Part shown: in pieces, positions 40,493 through 49,810 of the stretch
How the letters are laid out: every line of letters begins with the position of its first letter
Position numbering within the stretch: position 1 is the first letter of the stretch
From: Patescibacteria group bacterium
GTDB taxonomy: Bacteria > Patescibacteriota > Microgenomatia > UBA10105 > UBA927
Assembly: GCA_018821245.1 (NCBI GenBank)
Contig: JAHJMO010000009.1
Coordinates: forward strand, 199-64,198
Length of the DNA: 64,000 nucleotides
Direction: 5' to 3'
Program-made: the position numbers and the translations under genes
Notes under the pieces: model-generated
Seen by the model: the letters and a program-made list of their open reading frames with translations, nothing else
Databases searched by the model: none
What the model was told of the DNA's origin: nothing

Positions 40493-41226
40493 TTTCCGTG
40501 TGGTTGTATAATGGCATTCATATCATCCGGTATCGGCGCTTCGATTGCAAGATCTTTTTTTGTCGTGGGGTGTTGAAACGACACCTTCCACGCGTGTAAC
40601 ATGACACGTGGCGCCCATACGCGATCGTTGCGCGCTGTTTTCCTGCCCGCATACAGATAGTCCCCAACAATCGGATGGTTTATATACTTCATGTGTACCC
40701 GTATCTGATGCGTCCGACCCGTTTCCGGATATAGCTCAACGAGGGATATTTCTTCTTTTTCTCCTTTGACGCATTGACGCATTGACGCATTGACGCATTT
40801 GTATTTAGTGACCGCCTCTTTCCCTCCGGGCACGACACCAAATCGTTCGCGATTCCAGGGAAGTCTTCCAACTGGCGCCCGTATCTCTCCTTCTTCAGGA
40901 GCTACCGTACCGTGAACAATCGCTAAATATGTTTTTCTGATAACGCGCTCCTTAAATTGTCGTTGAAGTTCAACAAATACATCCGGGGTTTTCGCAATAA
41001 GAAGTGTTCCTGACGTTTCCTTATCTATCCGATGTACTATCCCCGCCCGATTCACAAACTCTTGTTCTTGTTCACTATGAACTATAAACTGTGAACTATG
41101 AACTTTTTCCTCTGCCCAATCCTGCACCGTCTCCCCTTTCACCGTTGTTGCCCTGTTCACAACCATCCCTGGAGGCTTATTTATAGCCAATACATCGCAA
41201 TCTTCGTAGAGGACAGAAATGTTCAA
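40489..41226 (-). CDS. RluA/RluD-family pseudouridine synthase
   Basis: INKPPGMVV, VHRIDKETSG (catalytic D), TGRTHQIRVH, HPIVGD, LHA. Confidence 0.93.
   Translation of the reverse strand: MNISVLYEDCDVLAINKPPGMVVNRATTVKGETVQDWAEEKVHSSQFIVHSEQEQEFVNRAGIVHRIDKETSGTLLIAKTPDVFVELQRQFKERVIRKTYLAIVHGTVAPEEGEIRAPVGRLPWNRERFGVVPGGKEAVTKYKCVNASMRQCVKGEKEEISLVELYPETGRTHQIRVHMKYINHPIVGDYLYAGRKTARNDRVWAPRVMLHAWKVSFQHPTTKKDLAIEAPIPDDMNAIIQPHGK
40766..40799. repeat. Perfect 8-bp tandem repeat (TTGACGCA) x4 inside the rluA-family gene
   Basis: Four exact copies; encodes KCVNASMRQCVK. Confidence 0.9.
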
Positions 41227-41591
41227 TCCTTTTTCCCCTTTTCTTTTTCACAACAAAGACACAGCGTGGCTGTCGGGAGAATTCCCAAGCGATCAGTATC
41301 TATCATTGTTTTGCATCTTCGACAATACCCGTACGTACCGTCTCGTATTCTCTCTAATGACGCATCTATCTCTTCCTGCTTTTTTGCAAGTTCTGCAATA
41401 ATTGCTGCGACGTTGTCGTGCTTGGATTCTTCGCTTGCTTCCGTATCGGAAGCGGCGTTGTCATTGACGCGATCGGGATCCGCAAACGGGTCCTGTGCAG
41501 AAAGCTCGTTGATACGAGCTACGATACGAGTTTTTTCTTCTTCCAGATGCCTTCGGATTTCAAGAAGAATTTCGTCTGGAAATTTTTGCAT
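41223..41591 (-). CDS. TraR/DksA C4 zinc-finger protein
   Basis: Coiled coil then GTYGYCRRC...RL..LPTATLCLCC. Confidence 0.88.
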   Translation of the reverse strand: MQKFPDEILLEIRRHLEEEKTRIVARINELSAQDPFADPDRVNDNAASDTEASEESKHDNVAAIIAELAKKQEEIDASLERIRDGTYGYCRRCKTMIDTDRLGILPTATLCLCCEKEKGKKD

Positions 41592-42399
41592 ATAACCTTT
41601 CTGCTTTTGCGCGAAGCATCAGCAACCCCTTTCTAAACAGGGGCCTGATGACCTCCTTGCCCCCTGCCCGCACATAGAGCATACCGACCGCTTCAGCAAA
41701 CATCGCTATAAGAATAACCTGGTTTGCATTAACAGAAGCCCAGTATACATGGGATTCTTTCAAAAATTCAATAGGGAACATCGAAAGCGCAAACAACAGG
41801 AAAAACCATACCCCGACAATCCCATATGGCCATTTGTTTTTCTCTGCCCGACCCTGGATTGTCCATAAAGCAACCATGACCAGAATAAGCACTATGACCT
41901 CATATATCTGTGTCGGATGGCGCCTGTCTACATGTCCCACAAAAGATACTGCCCACGGTAAACCCGACGATTTACCGATCTCAGATCCATCGAGAAGCGA
42001 CCCGAACTTGCCGACAACTGTGCTTGCCGGAAGGGCGTGCGCGACAGCGTCAACAACCGTTCCTAGCCGTAGCTTATAAAGCTTTGCCAGATAGATAAGC
42101 GCAAGTAACGTACCAATCAGGGCACCGTAAAATGATAACCCCGGTACCACCCACAACGCAGGAACTTTCAACAGGTTGTCGGCAAAAAGGTCTTTATGTG
42201 TTACCACAAACGTCAGACGGGAAACGATCATCACAAATATTGTGCTGTAAAACGTAAGGTCAAAAATACGCTCCTCCTCTATTCCCCATGCTCGAAGTTT
42301 CCGCCAAAATATGAAAGAAAATACGCACCAGGCTGCAATAAGAAATGCGCTCAGGCTATAGAGATGAAACGTACCAATGGTAAAAAGAATGGGCATCAT
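41560..42399 (-). CDS. lgt: Prolipoprotein diacylglyceryl transferase family
   Basis: GLSFYGAL, G.LLDG...G, LPWAV.F, RHPTQIYE. Confidence 0.8.
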   Translation of the reverse strand: MMPILFTIGTFHLYSLSAFLIAAWCVFSFIFWRKLRAWGIEEERIFDLTFYSTIFVMIVSRLTFVVTHKDLFADNLLKVPALWVVPGLSFYGALIGTLLALIYLAKLYKLRLGTVVDAVAHALPASTVVGKFGSLLDGSEIGKSSGLPWAVSFVGHVDRRHPTQIYEVIVLILVMVALWTIQGRAEKNKWPYGIVGVWFFLLFALSMFPIEFLKESHVYWASVNANQVILIAMFAEAVGMLYVRAGGKEVIRPLFRKGLLMLRAKAERLYAKISRRNSS

Positions 42400-43691
42400 A
42401 CTATGATTCTTTTATTATACCGTATCCTATACGCGCCATAGGCAAGGACCACAACGCCTAGTAGTAAAATCACTTTTCCCACACCTATAACATCAGCAAG
42501 AACGCCGCCAATAATAACCGGCAGCACGCCTATCCCTCCAACAGCCGCGGCCAGCATACCGTAGATACGGCCACGCATGGAACCTCGTGCCTCGCTCTGA
42601 AGAATACTGTTTGCCGGCACGTCCAAAAAACTGTTTGCTACGCCCAACAAAAAAAATAATACCAATTCTATAAAGAGCACCGTACTGCGACGGAAAAATT
42701 CAGGTAAGACTTCCGTATGCGCGAGCCGCACAGAAATAGAAATAAGAATCAAAACAATTCCTGCACCGACTATACCGGTGCGTATAAGACTCGATTTCGA
42801 AATCCGATATCCTGTACTTCCCACCCATAACGCTCCGCTTATGATGCCTACTACAGTCGGCCCTATGATATAGACAGACGCGTCACGAATGTCAACCTTG
42901 AGTACCTCATGAGCAAACCCGGGACCGAGCGTACCAAGAATTGCGATGATAACCTGCGTACCTGTCAGCAAAATAAGCGCGTCGGAAAGAATCGGAGATG
43001 AAGATACATAAACGATGCCTTCACGGACGTCTGTGATGACACGAGAAAAAATAGAACGAAAATCAGCGCGTAAAATACGGTGTAATGACCGAAGTCCCTC
43101 CCCCTGGCTCGGTAGACGGGACACAAAAAATGAAGCCGACAGAAAACTTATTCCAAGAACGCCTAATGTTGACTGTAGGCTTAAAAGACGGAGTATGGGC
43201 CCAGCAAGAATAAATCCCACAGCCATACTGCTGTAATAGGTAAAAGAAAAAACACTATTAGCGGTTAACAATTGAGATTTGGGCACTATGCGCGGAATAG
43301 TTGACGCTTCTGACGGAACATAGAGTTGATTGATAAGAGCATGAACAAAAACAAATAGATATACCATCGGAACATTATGAACAAAGAAAAATAACAGAGC
43401 GACAAGTACCGCGCGCGACAAATCACAAACAATGAGCACAGAACGCCTGTCTACATGATCTACGATAACACCTGCTATCATGCCAAAAAGAAGGGAAGGT
43501 ATTCCGTATGACAAAAATAATCCGGAAACCGCCGCATTACTTCCGGTGCGCTCATATACGGAAAGCGCAAGAATAAATATCATCATGTTCAATGCAAGCT
43601 GCGAACAAATCTGCGCAAACCATAAGAAGCGGAACGATGTATTTGCGAGGACGTCGAGCACGGCAAACGGTGAATGTCGATGTTGAGGCAT
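42396..43691 (-). CDS. MFS transporter
   Basis: 12 TM; FRFLWFAQ..SQ, AGVIVDHVDRR motif A, MRGRIYG. Confidence 0.88.
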   Translation of the reverse strand: MPQHRHSPFAVLDVLANTSFRFLWFAQICSQLALNMMIFILALSVYERTGSNAAVSGLFLSYGIPSLLFGMIAGVIVDHVDRRSVLIVCDLSRAVLVALLFFFVHNVPMVYLFVFVHALINQLYVPSEASTIPRIVPKSQLLTANSVFSFTYYSSMAVGFILAGPILRLLSLQSTLGVLGISFLSASFFVSRLPSQGEGLRSLHRILRADFRSIFSRVITDVREGIVYVSSSPILSDALILLTGTQVIIAILGTLGPGFAHEVLKVDIRDASVYIIGPTVVGIISGALWVGSTGYRISKSSLIRTGIVGAGIVLILISISVRLAHTEVLPEFFRRSTVLFIELVLFFLLGVANSFLDVPANSILQSEARGSMRGRIYGMLAAAVGGIGVLPVIIGGVLADVIGVGKVILLLGVVVLAYGAYRIRYNKRIIV

Positions 43692-43754
43692 ATCCAATAT
43701 TTATTCTTTACAAAATTGCATCCTCCGCCATGATATCATACAATCATCTATACT

Positions 43755-44228
43755 ATGACGACGACAGCTCATACGTTGGTGGCAGGACTTATTGCGACAG
43801 AAGTCGCAAATCCTGCTCACGCAGCGCTTTTGGGCTTTGTATCACATTTCGTCTTGGACAGTATTCCGCATTGGGACTTTGGTACTAATTGGAGAAGACG
43901 CCCAAAATGGAATACCGGCATGCTCGCAATCTCTGAAACCATATTCGGTGTTCTTTTTTCATATTCCATTTTCTATCAACAGGCTCCCACTGTCACTCTT
44001 GTTGTCACAATGCTTGCCTCAATACTCCCCGATTGGTTTGAAGCTCCCTGGTATATCTTCTTTGCTCATGCAAAAAAAAATGCTCCCGGCGTACACGCTT
44101 CGTTTCAGGAGCGGTTTTTCTTCCGACTCTATAAAACACAAAATATATTCCACACAAAAACTACGTTTCCGTTCGGCATCATAACCCAAATCGCCGTCGT
44201 TGCATTTTTCTTTCTTCTTCTTCGATGA
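43755..44228 (+). CDS. Small membrane protein, metal-dependent hydrolase-like
   Basis: H...G, SHFVLDSIPHWD, LPD and C-terminal H motifs. Confidence 0.65.
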   Translation: MTTTAHTLVAGLIATEVANPAHAALLGFVSHFVLDSIPHWDFGTNWRRRPKWNTGMLAISETIFGVLFSYSIFYQQAPTVTLVVTMLASILPDWFEAPWYIFFAHAKKNAPGVHASFQERFFFRLYKTQNIFHTKTTFPFGIITQIAVVAFFFLLLR

Positions 44229-44237
44229 ATCGTCGGA

Positions 44238-45755
44238 CTATAAACTTAACAGATATTTGAGGATCATCCGCACGCCTGTACCCGTGGCGCCTTTAGGGGT
44301 AAGCGGCGCGGCCTTCTCTGCATACGCAGGCCCTGCAATATCCAGGTGCGCCCAGGCGACCCCTTCGGGAACGAACTCCTGTAAAAATAATGCTGCACTT
44401 ATCGCTCCGCCATACCGTGAACCGGAGATATTTTTTATATCTGCTACATCGCTTTTCAGTAACTCTTTGTACTCGCGCGCCAATGGAAGCCGCCATATTT
44501 TTTCTCCTGTCGCTCGTGCCGCATCACCCAGCCTTTGAGCCAGCTTCTCGTTATCCGTAAAAAGACCGCTTATTTCCTCTCCTAAAGCTGCTACACATGC
44601 ACCCGTAAGGGTAGCGATATCGATGATTGCGTCAGGCTTGTGAATGTTTTTGGCGGCGAAAGATAGTGCATCTGCCAACACCACTCTCCCCTCAGCGTCG
44701 GTATTGAGGATTTCAACGGTTTTGCCGCTCATCATGCGTACAATATCGCCCGGTTTAATCGCGCGTCCGGAAGGCATATTTTCACATGCGGCAATAAGGC
44801 CTACTACGTGCGCTTTCGGTCTAAGAACGGGAAGTGCCTGAAAAATTCCCAGTATACTTGCGGCCCCGGCCATATCAAGCTTCATCGTCTCCATGGACTT
44901 AGAAGGTTTGAGTGACAATCCGCCGGCATCAAATGTAATACCCTTTCCGACAAGTACAATGGTTTTCTGCCCGCCGCCATTATAGTCTAGCCTGATGAAC
45001 CTCGGCTCCTCCTCGCTTCCTCGTGCGATCCCTAACAATCCCTCCATCCCGAGTTTTCGAATTTCTGATCTTGCGAACTCCTCACACTTCATTGCTGCTT
45101 TTCCTTTTACAAGCTCTTTGGCGACAAGCCCAAGGTAAGAAGGGGTCGTGGTAGAAGGAGACTCATTCACTAAATCCCTTACAAAGCAAACAGCAGACCC
45201 TACGGTTTTGCCCCGCTTAAGACCGACTGCAACAGCGTTGATACGCGCCGCTGAAACCAACACGTACGCCTCATCGAAACTACGTTTATTGCTCTTTGAT
45301 GCATCACCTTTGTGTTTATGAAATGTGTAGGTGCCTAGAAGCATCCCTTCAGCAACTCCTTCTGCGCACGCATCCGGTCCAAAGGCTTCGATAACCTCAT
45401 GAGGGGGTGCGATCGCAATGCGTTTTGCTGCGGCGGATTGAGATTTTTTACCGATCACGGCAACAGCCGTCTGCCAATCAAACACTGTGAGATCTGCTAC
45501 GGTCCCCAAACCCACCACGAGCACTGTTTTTGCAGGAATTTTGCCGTATGTATGAAAACGGATACCCTCTTCCCTTTTTGCTTCAAATTCTTCTGACGAT
45601 ATGGCGTCGGTAATAATCCCGTCAAGTTTCCCGTCTATCTTTTGTGCCTCATCACTCAACCGAACCGACTCCCGACCTTTCCCAATAAATGCAAAAACAG
45701 CCAGCAAATCGGCTTCAATGCTTGCGACATCTTTTGTTTTGGCGAAAAATTTCAT
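44238..45755 (-). CDS. pepA: Leucyl aminopeptidase (M17)
   Basis: VGKGITFDAGGLSLK, MKLDMAG, NTDAEGR, ATLTGA, HLDIAG. Confidence 0.95.
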   Translation of the reverse strand: MKFFAKTKDVASIEADLLAVFAFIGKGRESVRLSDEAQKIDGKLDGIITDAISSEEFEAKREEGIRFHTYGKIPAKTVLVVGLGTVADLTVFDWQTAVAVIGKKSQSAAAKRIAIAPPHEVIEAFGPDACAEGVAEGMLLGTYTFHKHKGDASKSNKRSFDEAYVLVSAARINAVAVGLKRGKTVGSAVCFVRDLVNESPSTTTPSYLGLVAKELVKGKAAMKCEEFARSEIRKLGMEGLLGIARGSEEEPRFIRLDYNGGGQKTIVLVGKGITFDAGGLSLKPSKSMETMKLDMAGAASILGIFQALPVLRPKAHVVGLIAACENMPSGRAIKPGDIVRMMSGKTVEILNTDAEGRVVLADALSFAAKNIHKPDAIIDIATLTGACVAALGEEISGLFTDNEKLAQRLGDAARATGEKIWRLPLAREYKELLKSDVADIKNISGSRYGGAISAALFLQEFVPEGVAWAHLDIAGPAYAEKAAPLTPKGATGTGVRMILKYLLSL

Positions 45756-45792
45756 ACGTTAGTATCCTGAACTTACCTGCCTGCCCCGTTAG

Positions 45793-45878
45793 TGGCGCGG
45801 GTGGGAATCGAACCCACATGATAGTTGTCTATCACAGGTTTTTGAGACCTGCGCGTCTACCAATTCCGCCACCGCGCC
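45793..45878 (-). tRNA. tRNA-Leu (CAA); CCA end not encoded
   Basis: GGCGCGG acceptor stem, TGGTAGA D-loop, CAGGT-CTCAAAA-ACCTG anticodon arm, long variable arm, GGTTCGATTCC T-arm, discriminator A. Confidence 0.95.
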
Positions 45879-45926
45879 AGAAAGCTCGCTCTTGCTCAAG
45901 TTATACCATATTTGAACGGTGAAAAG

Positions 45927-47288
45927 CTATGCTGAGGCAACTGCCTGAGATTGAGAGGGTATTTCCGATTGCTTTCTATCAACACCATAAAAACGGATCC
46001 GGTCGCCGCGAAACATAAGGTCGATTTCAGCTAAGGGGCCGTTCCTATGCTTGGCGATACGGAGTTTTGTCATAATCTGCTCACCCCATTGGGCTTGATC
46101 GCGTTCTTCCCGGTACAGAAACATCACAACGTCTGCATCCTGCTCGATAGATCCTGACTCCCGCAGATCAGACAACTCCGGCACTTTGGTGCCCCGTGCT
46201 TCAACCGCACGGGAAAGCTGCGAACAAGCAAGCACGGGAATACGCAACTCCCGTGCGATATTTTTTAACGACTGCGAGATCAGAGACACTTCCTGTACGC
46301 GACTATCAAAATTCCGGCCGCTATCGGCCAGCTGAAGATAGTCAACGATGATGAGCTTCACTCCATGCTCTACTTGTAAACGCCGGGCCTTGCTGCGCAT
46401 TTCTACGATATTTAACCCGGGTGTGTCATCGATATAAAATGGAGCCTCCGCAAGCTCTCCCATGGCTTCGCTTAACCGTGTAAAATCATCATCCGAAAGT
46501 CTTCCGGTCTTTAGCCTCCATGCATCGATATCTGCCTGTGATACGAGGAGCCGGTCGACGAGCTCCTCCTTGCTCATTTCCAAAGAAAAGATTCCGACGG
46601 GAATCTTCTCATTGACGCTTACATATTGAGCAATATTCAAAACCATTGCAGTCTTTCCGGTCCCGGGACGCGCCGCCAAAACAAGAAGGTTAGAGTCCTG
46701 CATGCCGGCAAGCTTACCGTCAAGTTCGGTAAACCCGGTAGGAATACCGCGCAAACCGCCCACTCGCTTATGAAGCTCATCCAAACGGTCAAATGATGAG
46801 GCGAGCGCATCTTTGATAACGATAAAATCCCGGCGCGCTGACTGTTGGGATATGGCGAACAATTGTTGTTCTGCTTCATCCAGTATTTGACGCGCGTCTC
46901 CTGCTTCCCGAAATGCTAATTCATTTATTTTGGCGGCTGCTGATACGAGCTGACGCTTGGTATAGTGCTCCTGAATAATGCGCCCGTATTGCTCCGCATG
47001 AGCGCTTGTCGGAACGACATTGAGAAGGTCGGATATGTATGAAGCGCCGCCTGCTTCCGCAAGTTTTCCCGCTTTTTTGAGTTGAGCGGTTACCGTAACA
47101 ACGTCGATGGGCTCATGCTGTTCGTATAACTCCATCATCGCTGTATAGATAAACGCATGTGTTTCGCGGTAGAAATGAGAAGGCCGCAAAAATTCAGCCA
47201 CGTCTACCATGGCGTCTTTATCTATAAGAACGGCGCCCAGAACAGACTGCTCGGCTACCTCATCATGTGGAGGAATTTTTGGATCCAT
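45927..47288 (-). CDS. dnaB: Replicative DNA helicase
   Basis: PPH...EQSVLG, AARPGTGKT, SLEMS, VDYLQL, SQLSR, DLRESGSIEQDAD, KHRNGP; no intein. Confidence 0.97.
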   Translation of the reverse strand: MDPKIPPHDEVAEQSVLGAVLIDKDAMVDVAEFLRPSHFYRETHAFIYTAMMELYEQHEPIDVVTVTAQLKKAGKLAEAGGASYISDLLNVVPTSAHAEQYGRIIQEHYTKRQLVSAAAKINELAFREAGDARQILDEAEQQLFAISQQSARRDFIVIKDALASSFDRLDELHKRVGGLRGIPTGFTELDGKLAGMQDSNLLVLAARPGTGKTAMVLNIAQYVSVNEKIPVGIFSLEMSKEELVDRLLVSQADIDAWRLKTGRLSDDDFTRLSEAMGELAEAPFYIDDTPGLNIVEMRSKARRLQVEHGVKLIIVDYLQLADSGRNFDSRVQEVSLISQSLKNIARELRIPVLACSQLSRAVEARGTKVPELSDLRESGSIEQDADVVMFLYREERDQAQWGEQIMTKLRIAKHRNGPLAEIDLMFRGDRIRFYGVDRKQSEIPSQSQAVASA

Positions 47289-47313
47289 ATAAATCTACAA
47301 AAGAAGATTAAAT

Positions 47314-47955
47314 TTATTCAAGTACGACCACCTGCAACTCTGTGGGCAGTTTGTCTTTATGAACGATAAGCTTCGACTGGGATAAAGATTCTTTACCCAT
47401 TTCCGACAGGAACTTTGATACAGGAGCAAGAGAGCCAAACGTTTGCTTGTTCAGCTTTTCGATATGATAATGCATGGGTATCACGATAGCCGGATCAATA
47501 TCGCCAACGACAGCTTTTGCGCCAACCGCGTCTATCGTATATTCGCCTCCGACCGGCACGAACAACACGTCAACGCCATCCAGTGCATCAACCTGATCAG
47601 TCGTTAATACATGCCCAAGGTCCCCTAGGTGAACGATCCTTATCCCGTCTACCTCCATGCGATAAATGATATTTTTACCCCGTTTCTGTCCGCCCTCATC
47701 ATCGTGTAACACCGAAATTCCTATAATAGAAACCCCTTTAATTTCGTATTCACCGGGACCGGTAATGACAAACGGTGATCCGCCAACTGCCGAGACATGG
47801 TTGTGATCGGCGTGATCATGTGATACCGTCACAATGTCCGCTTCTACCTTGGGAAACGTCAATCCAACCACAAGCTTGTCATATGGATCGGTAACAACGG
47901 TTGCGCTTTTGCCTCGAATTCGAAATGATGAATGACCGAGAGGTAGTATGTCCAT
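47314..47955 (-). CDS. MBL-fold metallo-hydrolase
   Basis: GHSSF, TDPY, SHDHADH, HLGDLGH, IPMHY. Confidence 0.9.
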   Translation of the reverse strand: MDILPLGHSSFRIRGKSATVVTDPYDKLVVGLTFPKVEADIVTVSHDHADHNHVSAVGGSPFVITGPGEYEIKGVSIIGISVLHDDEGGQKRGKNIIYRMEVDGIRIVHLGDLGHVLTTDQVDALDGVDVLFVPVGGEYTIDAVGAKAVVGDIDPAIVIPMHYHIEKLNKQTFGSLAPVSKFLSEMGKESLSQSKLIVHKDKLPTELQVVVLE

Positions 47956-48064
47956 AAAATTGTATTGATGCGACTATGAATACGGTACTTGCATTTTATA
48001 CCAGATTCCCGTATTCTAAGCAACACCCGCGTTTATAGATTGTCTGTGCTACTGTTAAGGAAAC

Positions 48065-48511
48065 GTGAATAAAGACGCACTACTGGCTACACTCATAGGT
48101 TTTGGTATCGGCCTTCTCATCATGGGGCTTTTGCTTGTAGGTCCAAACCTCAGTAAATCGCTTCCACATATTGCATTGCCGAATATCTCTCTTCCGAAAT
48201 TTGCGAAAAGACCGTCCACCGCGCCCTCTCCGACTCCTACCATACCTCAATCGCTTACCATCGATAGCCCGCTGCCGGATTCTATTGAGCTGGAGAACTC
48301 TGTTCTGGTTTCCGGAAGCGCGTCACCCGGCTCTGTTGTGGTAATTCAGGGATTATTAGACGAAACCGCTGTAACACCCACAGATGATGGAAAATTCGCA
48401 GGCGAAGTGCTTCTGAAAGAAGGCGTCAATGAATTAATTATTACTATGCATAAAGTCGATGAAGCAACGTCACAATCAGTATCTGTCTATTACACACAAG
48501 AAGAATTTTAA
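48065..48511 (+). CDS. Membrane-anchored Ig-like domain protein
   Basis: N-terminal TM, Pro/Thr linker, VSGS...DGKF...LKEGVNELII beta-sandwich pattern. Confidence 0.65.
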   Translation: MNKDALLATLIGFGIGLLIMGLLLVGPNLSKSLPHIALPNISLPKFAKRPSTAPSPTPTIPQSLTIDSPLPDSIELENSVLVSGSASPGSVVVIQGLLDETAVTPTDDGKFAGEVLLKEGVNELIITMHKVDEATSQSVSVYYTQEEF

Positions 48512-48517
48512 TATCGT

Positions 48518-49234
48518 ATGAAAAATATTGTTACCCTATCGCTTCTATTCTGCATCATCGTTTCATTCACGACACCTGTTGTTGCCACCGATGCAACCAA
48601 TTCTGCAGCACCAGACACGAACAAAGCAAAACAGATTGAAGAACTGAAGGAACGACTTGCGACGAAAGTGGCTGAATTACGCCAGACGCAAAGGAAGGCA
48701 ATGTTCGGGAATGTAAAATCCGTTTCTCTCACAAGCATAACTATCGAGACCAAAACGAAAGACGTGAAAATCGAACTCTCCGACGCCGTCACCGTTATCG
48801 ACTCCGCAGACGGAAAACGCACAAAGCTTACCCTCGATGATATCAAAAACGGTACTATTGTCAGTATTTTTGGAGAATACGACCCCTCGCTTGATCTTCT
48901 GAAGGCCAAAGCCATCATTATTCAGAAAGAGCCTCCATCCCGAGTTTCGGGAACCGTCAATGCAATCGATAAAAAAGAATATACCATTACCCTAACAAAT
49001 ACAGCAGGACCCACGTATATCGTCGATATAGAACGCACGACGAAAACAATGATGTGGGCGAAGGAAAAAGGATTATATAAAGGAGGGTTTTCGAAAGTAG
49101 AAATCGGCAACACCATTTTCGTGACAGGGACAGCAGTCCCCAAAAAGGAAAATCGCGTGAGCGCCATCCGGATATTGGATATCGGAAATCTTTCCGGCGT
49201 CACGCCGACAACCACACCCACTCCGACACCATGA
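48518..49234 (+). CDS. Secreted protein with two OB-like (DUF5666-like) repeats
   Basis: Signal peptide, LKERLATKVAEL, two G.V..I...TI...G..V...G repeats, TP-rich tail. Confidence 0.6.
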   Translation: MKNIVTLSLLFCIIVSFTTPVVATDATNSAAPDTNKAKQIEELKERLATKVAELRQTQRKAMFGNVKSVSLTSITIETKTKDVKIELSDAVTVIDSADGKRTKLTLDDIKNGTIVSIFGEYDPSLDLLKAKAIIIQKEPPSRVSGTVNAIDKKEYTITLTNTAGPTYIVDIERTTKTMMWAKEKGLYKGGFSKVEIGNTIFVTGTAVPKKENRVSAIRILDIGNLSGVTPTTTPTPTP

Positions 49235-49608
49235 AAAAACAGAAACTCGTGTATCCTACCCCGAAAATGAATGAGTTATTTGACGTCATCCGCGAAATAC
49301 AATCAAAAGAAGAGGCCGTCAATTTTTTTCGTGACCTTCTCACTTTGTCTGAGCTTACCGAATTTGCCAACCGTTGGCAAATGGTAAAACTTCTTTGTAG
49401 CCGCGTGTCATACGCCGATATCGCCAAAAAACTGAGTGTATCCACAGCCACGGTCACGCGCGTAGCGCGCTGGCTGAAAAAAGGACGAGGAGGATATGCT
49501 GCTATCGCCTCCCGTGTGTTTGACGACCGACCGAACCCGGATTATCGCGAGCAACCTCGATTCAAAAGCGGCAAGCTCCGCGGTATGAAAAATCCCTTGA
49601 AATTGTAA
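49231..49608 (+). CDS. TrpR/YerC-like repressor (copy 2; HisR-like)
   Basis: FFRDLLTLSEL....RWQMVKLL...SYADIA....VSTATVTRVARWL..G.GGY. Confidence 0.9.
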   Translation: MKKQKLVYPTPKMNELFDVIREIQSKEEAVNFFRDLLTLSELTEFANRWQMVKLLCSRVSYADIAKKLSVSTATVTRVARWLKKGRGGYAAIASRVFDDRPNPDYREQPRFKSGKLRGMKNPLKL

Positions 49609-49611
49609 CCC

Positions 49612-49657
49612 TTGACACAATCATATTAACATGTTAATATATTAATATGTTAATACG
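49612..49657 (+). promoter_or_regulatory. hutH promoter overlapped by an 8-bp-periodic operator array
   Basis: TTGACA-N17-(TGt)TAATAT; TTAA at 49626, 49634, 49642, 49650; palindrome ATATTAACATGTTAATAT (49623-49640). Confidence 0.75.
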
Positions 49658-49712
49658 TTTGTCGATGTTACTGATTATCCCCTTTTCCAAAGCGCTCCAT
49701 CATAGCCGCTGA
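49647..49712 (+). CDS. Candidate leaderless leader peptide MLIRLSMLLIIPFSKALHHSR
   Basis: ATG 6 nt after the -10 box; tandem CAT CAT His codons directly at the start of a hairpin. Confidence 0.5.
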   Translation: MLIRLSMLLIIPFSKALHHSR

Positions 49713-49810
49713 TCTTCTTGCGCGCGGCTAAGGCGAGAACTATTTTTCTTCACTCTCTATTCCCTACTTTACCGTCCGCAAGATTTTTTCTTGTGGCGAG
49801 AAAGGTTTCT

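Noticed and set aside
45775-45792. CCTGCCTGCCCCGTTAG next to the tRNA 3' end as an integration scar
   Set aside because: No second copy of the tRNA 3' end and no integrase nearby; single short occurrence
49718-49810. N-terminal extension of hutH from TTG 49718
   Set aside because: SD plus ATG at 49811 matches the family start; the upstream part reads as a structured leader
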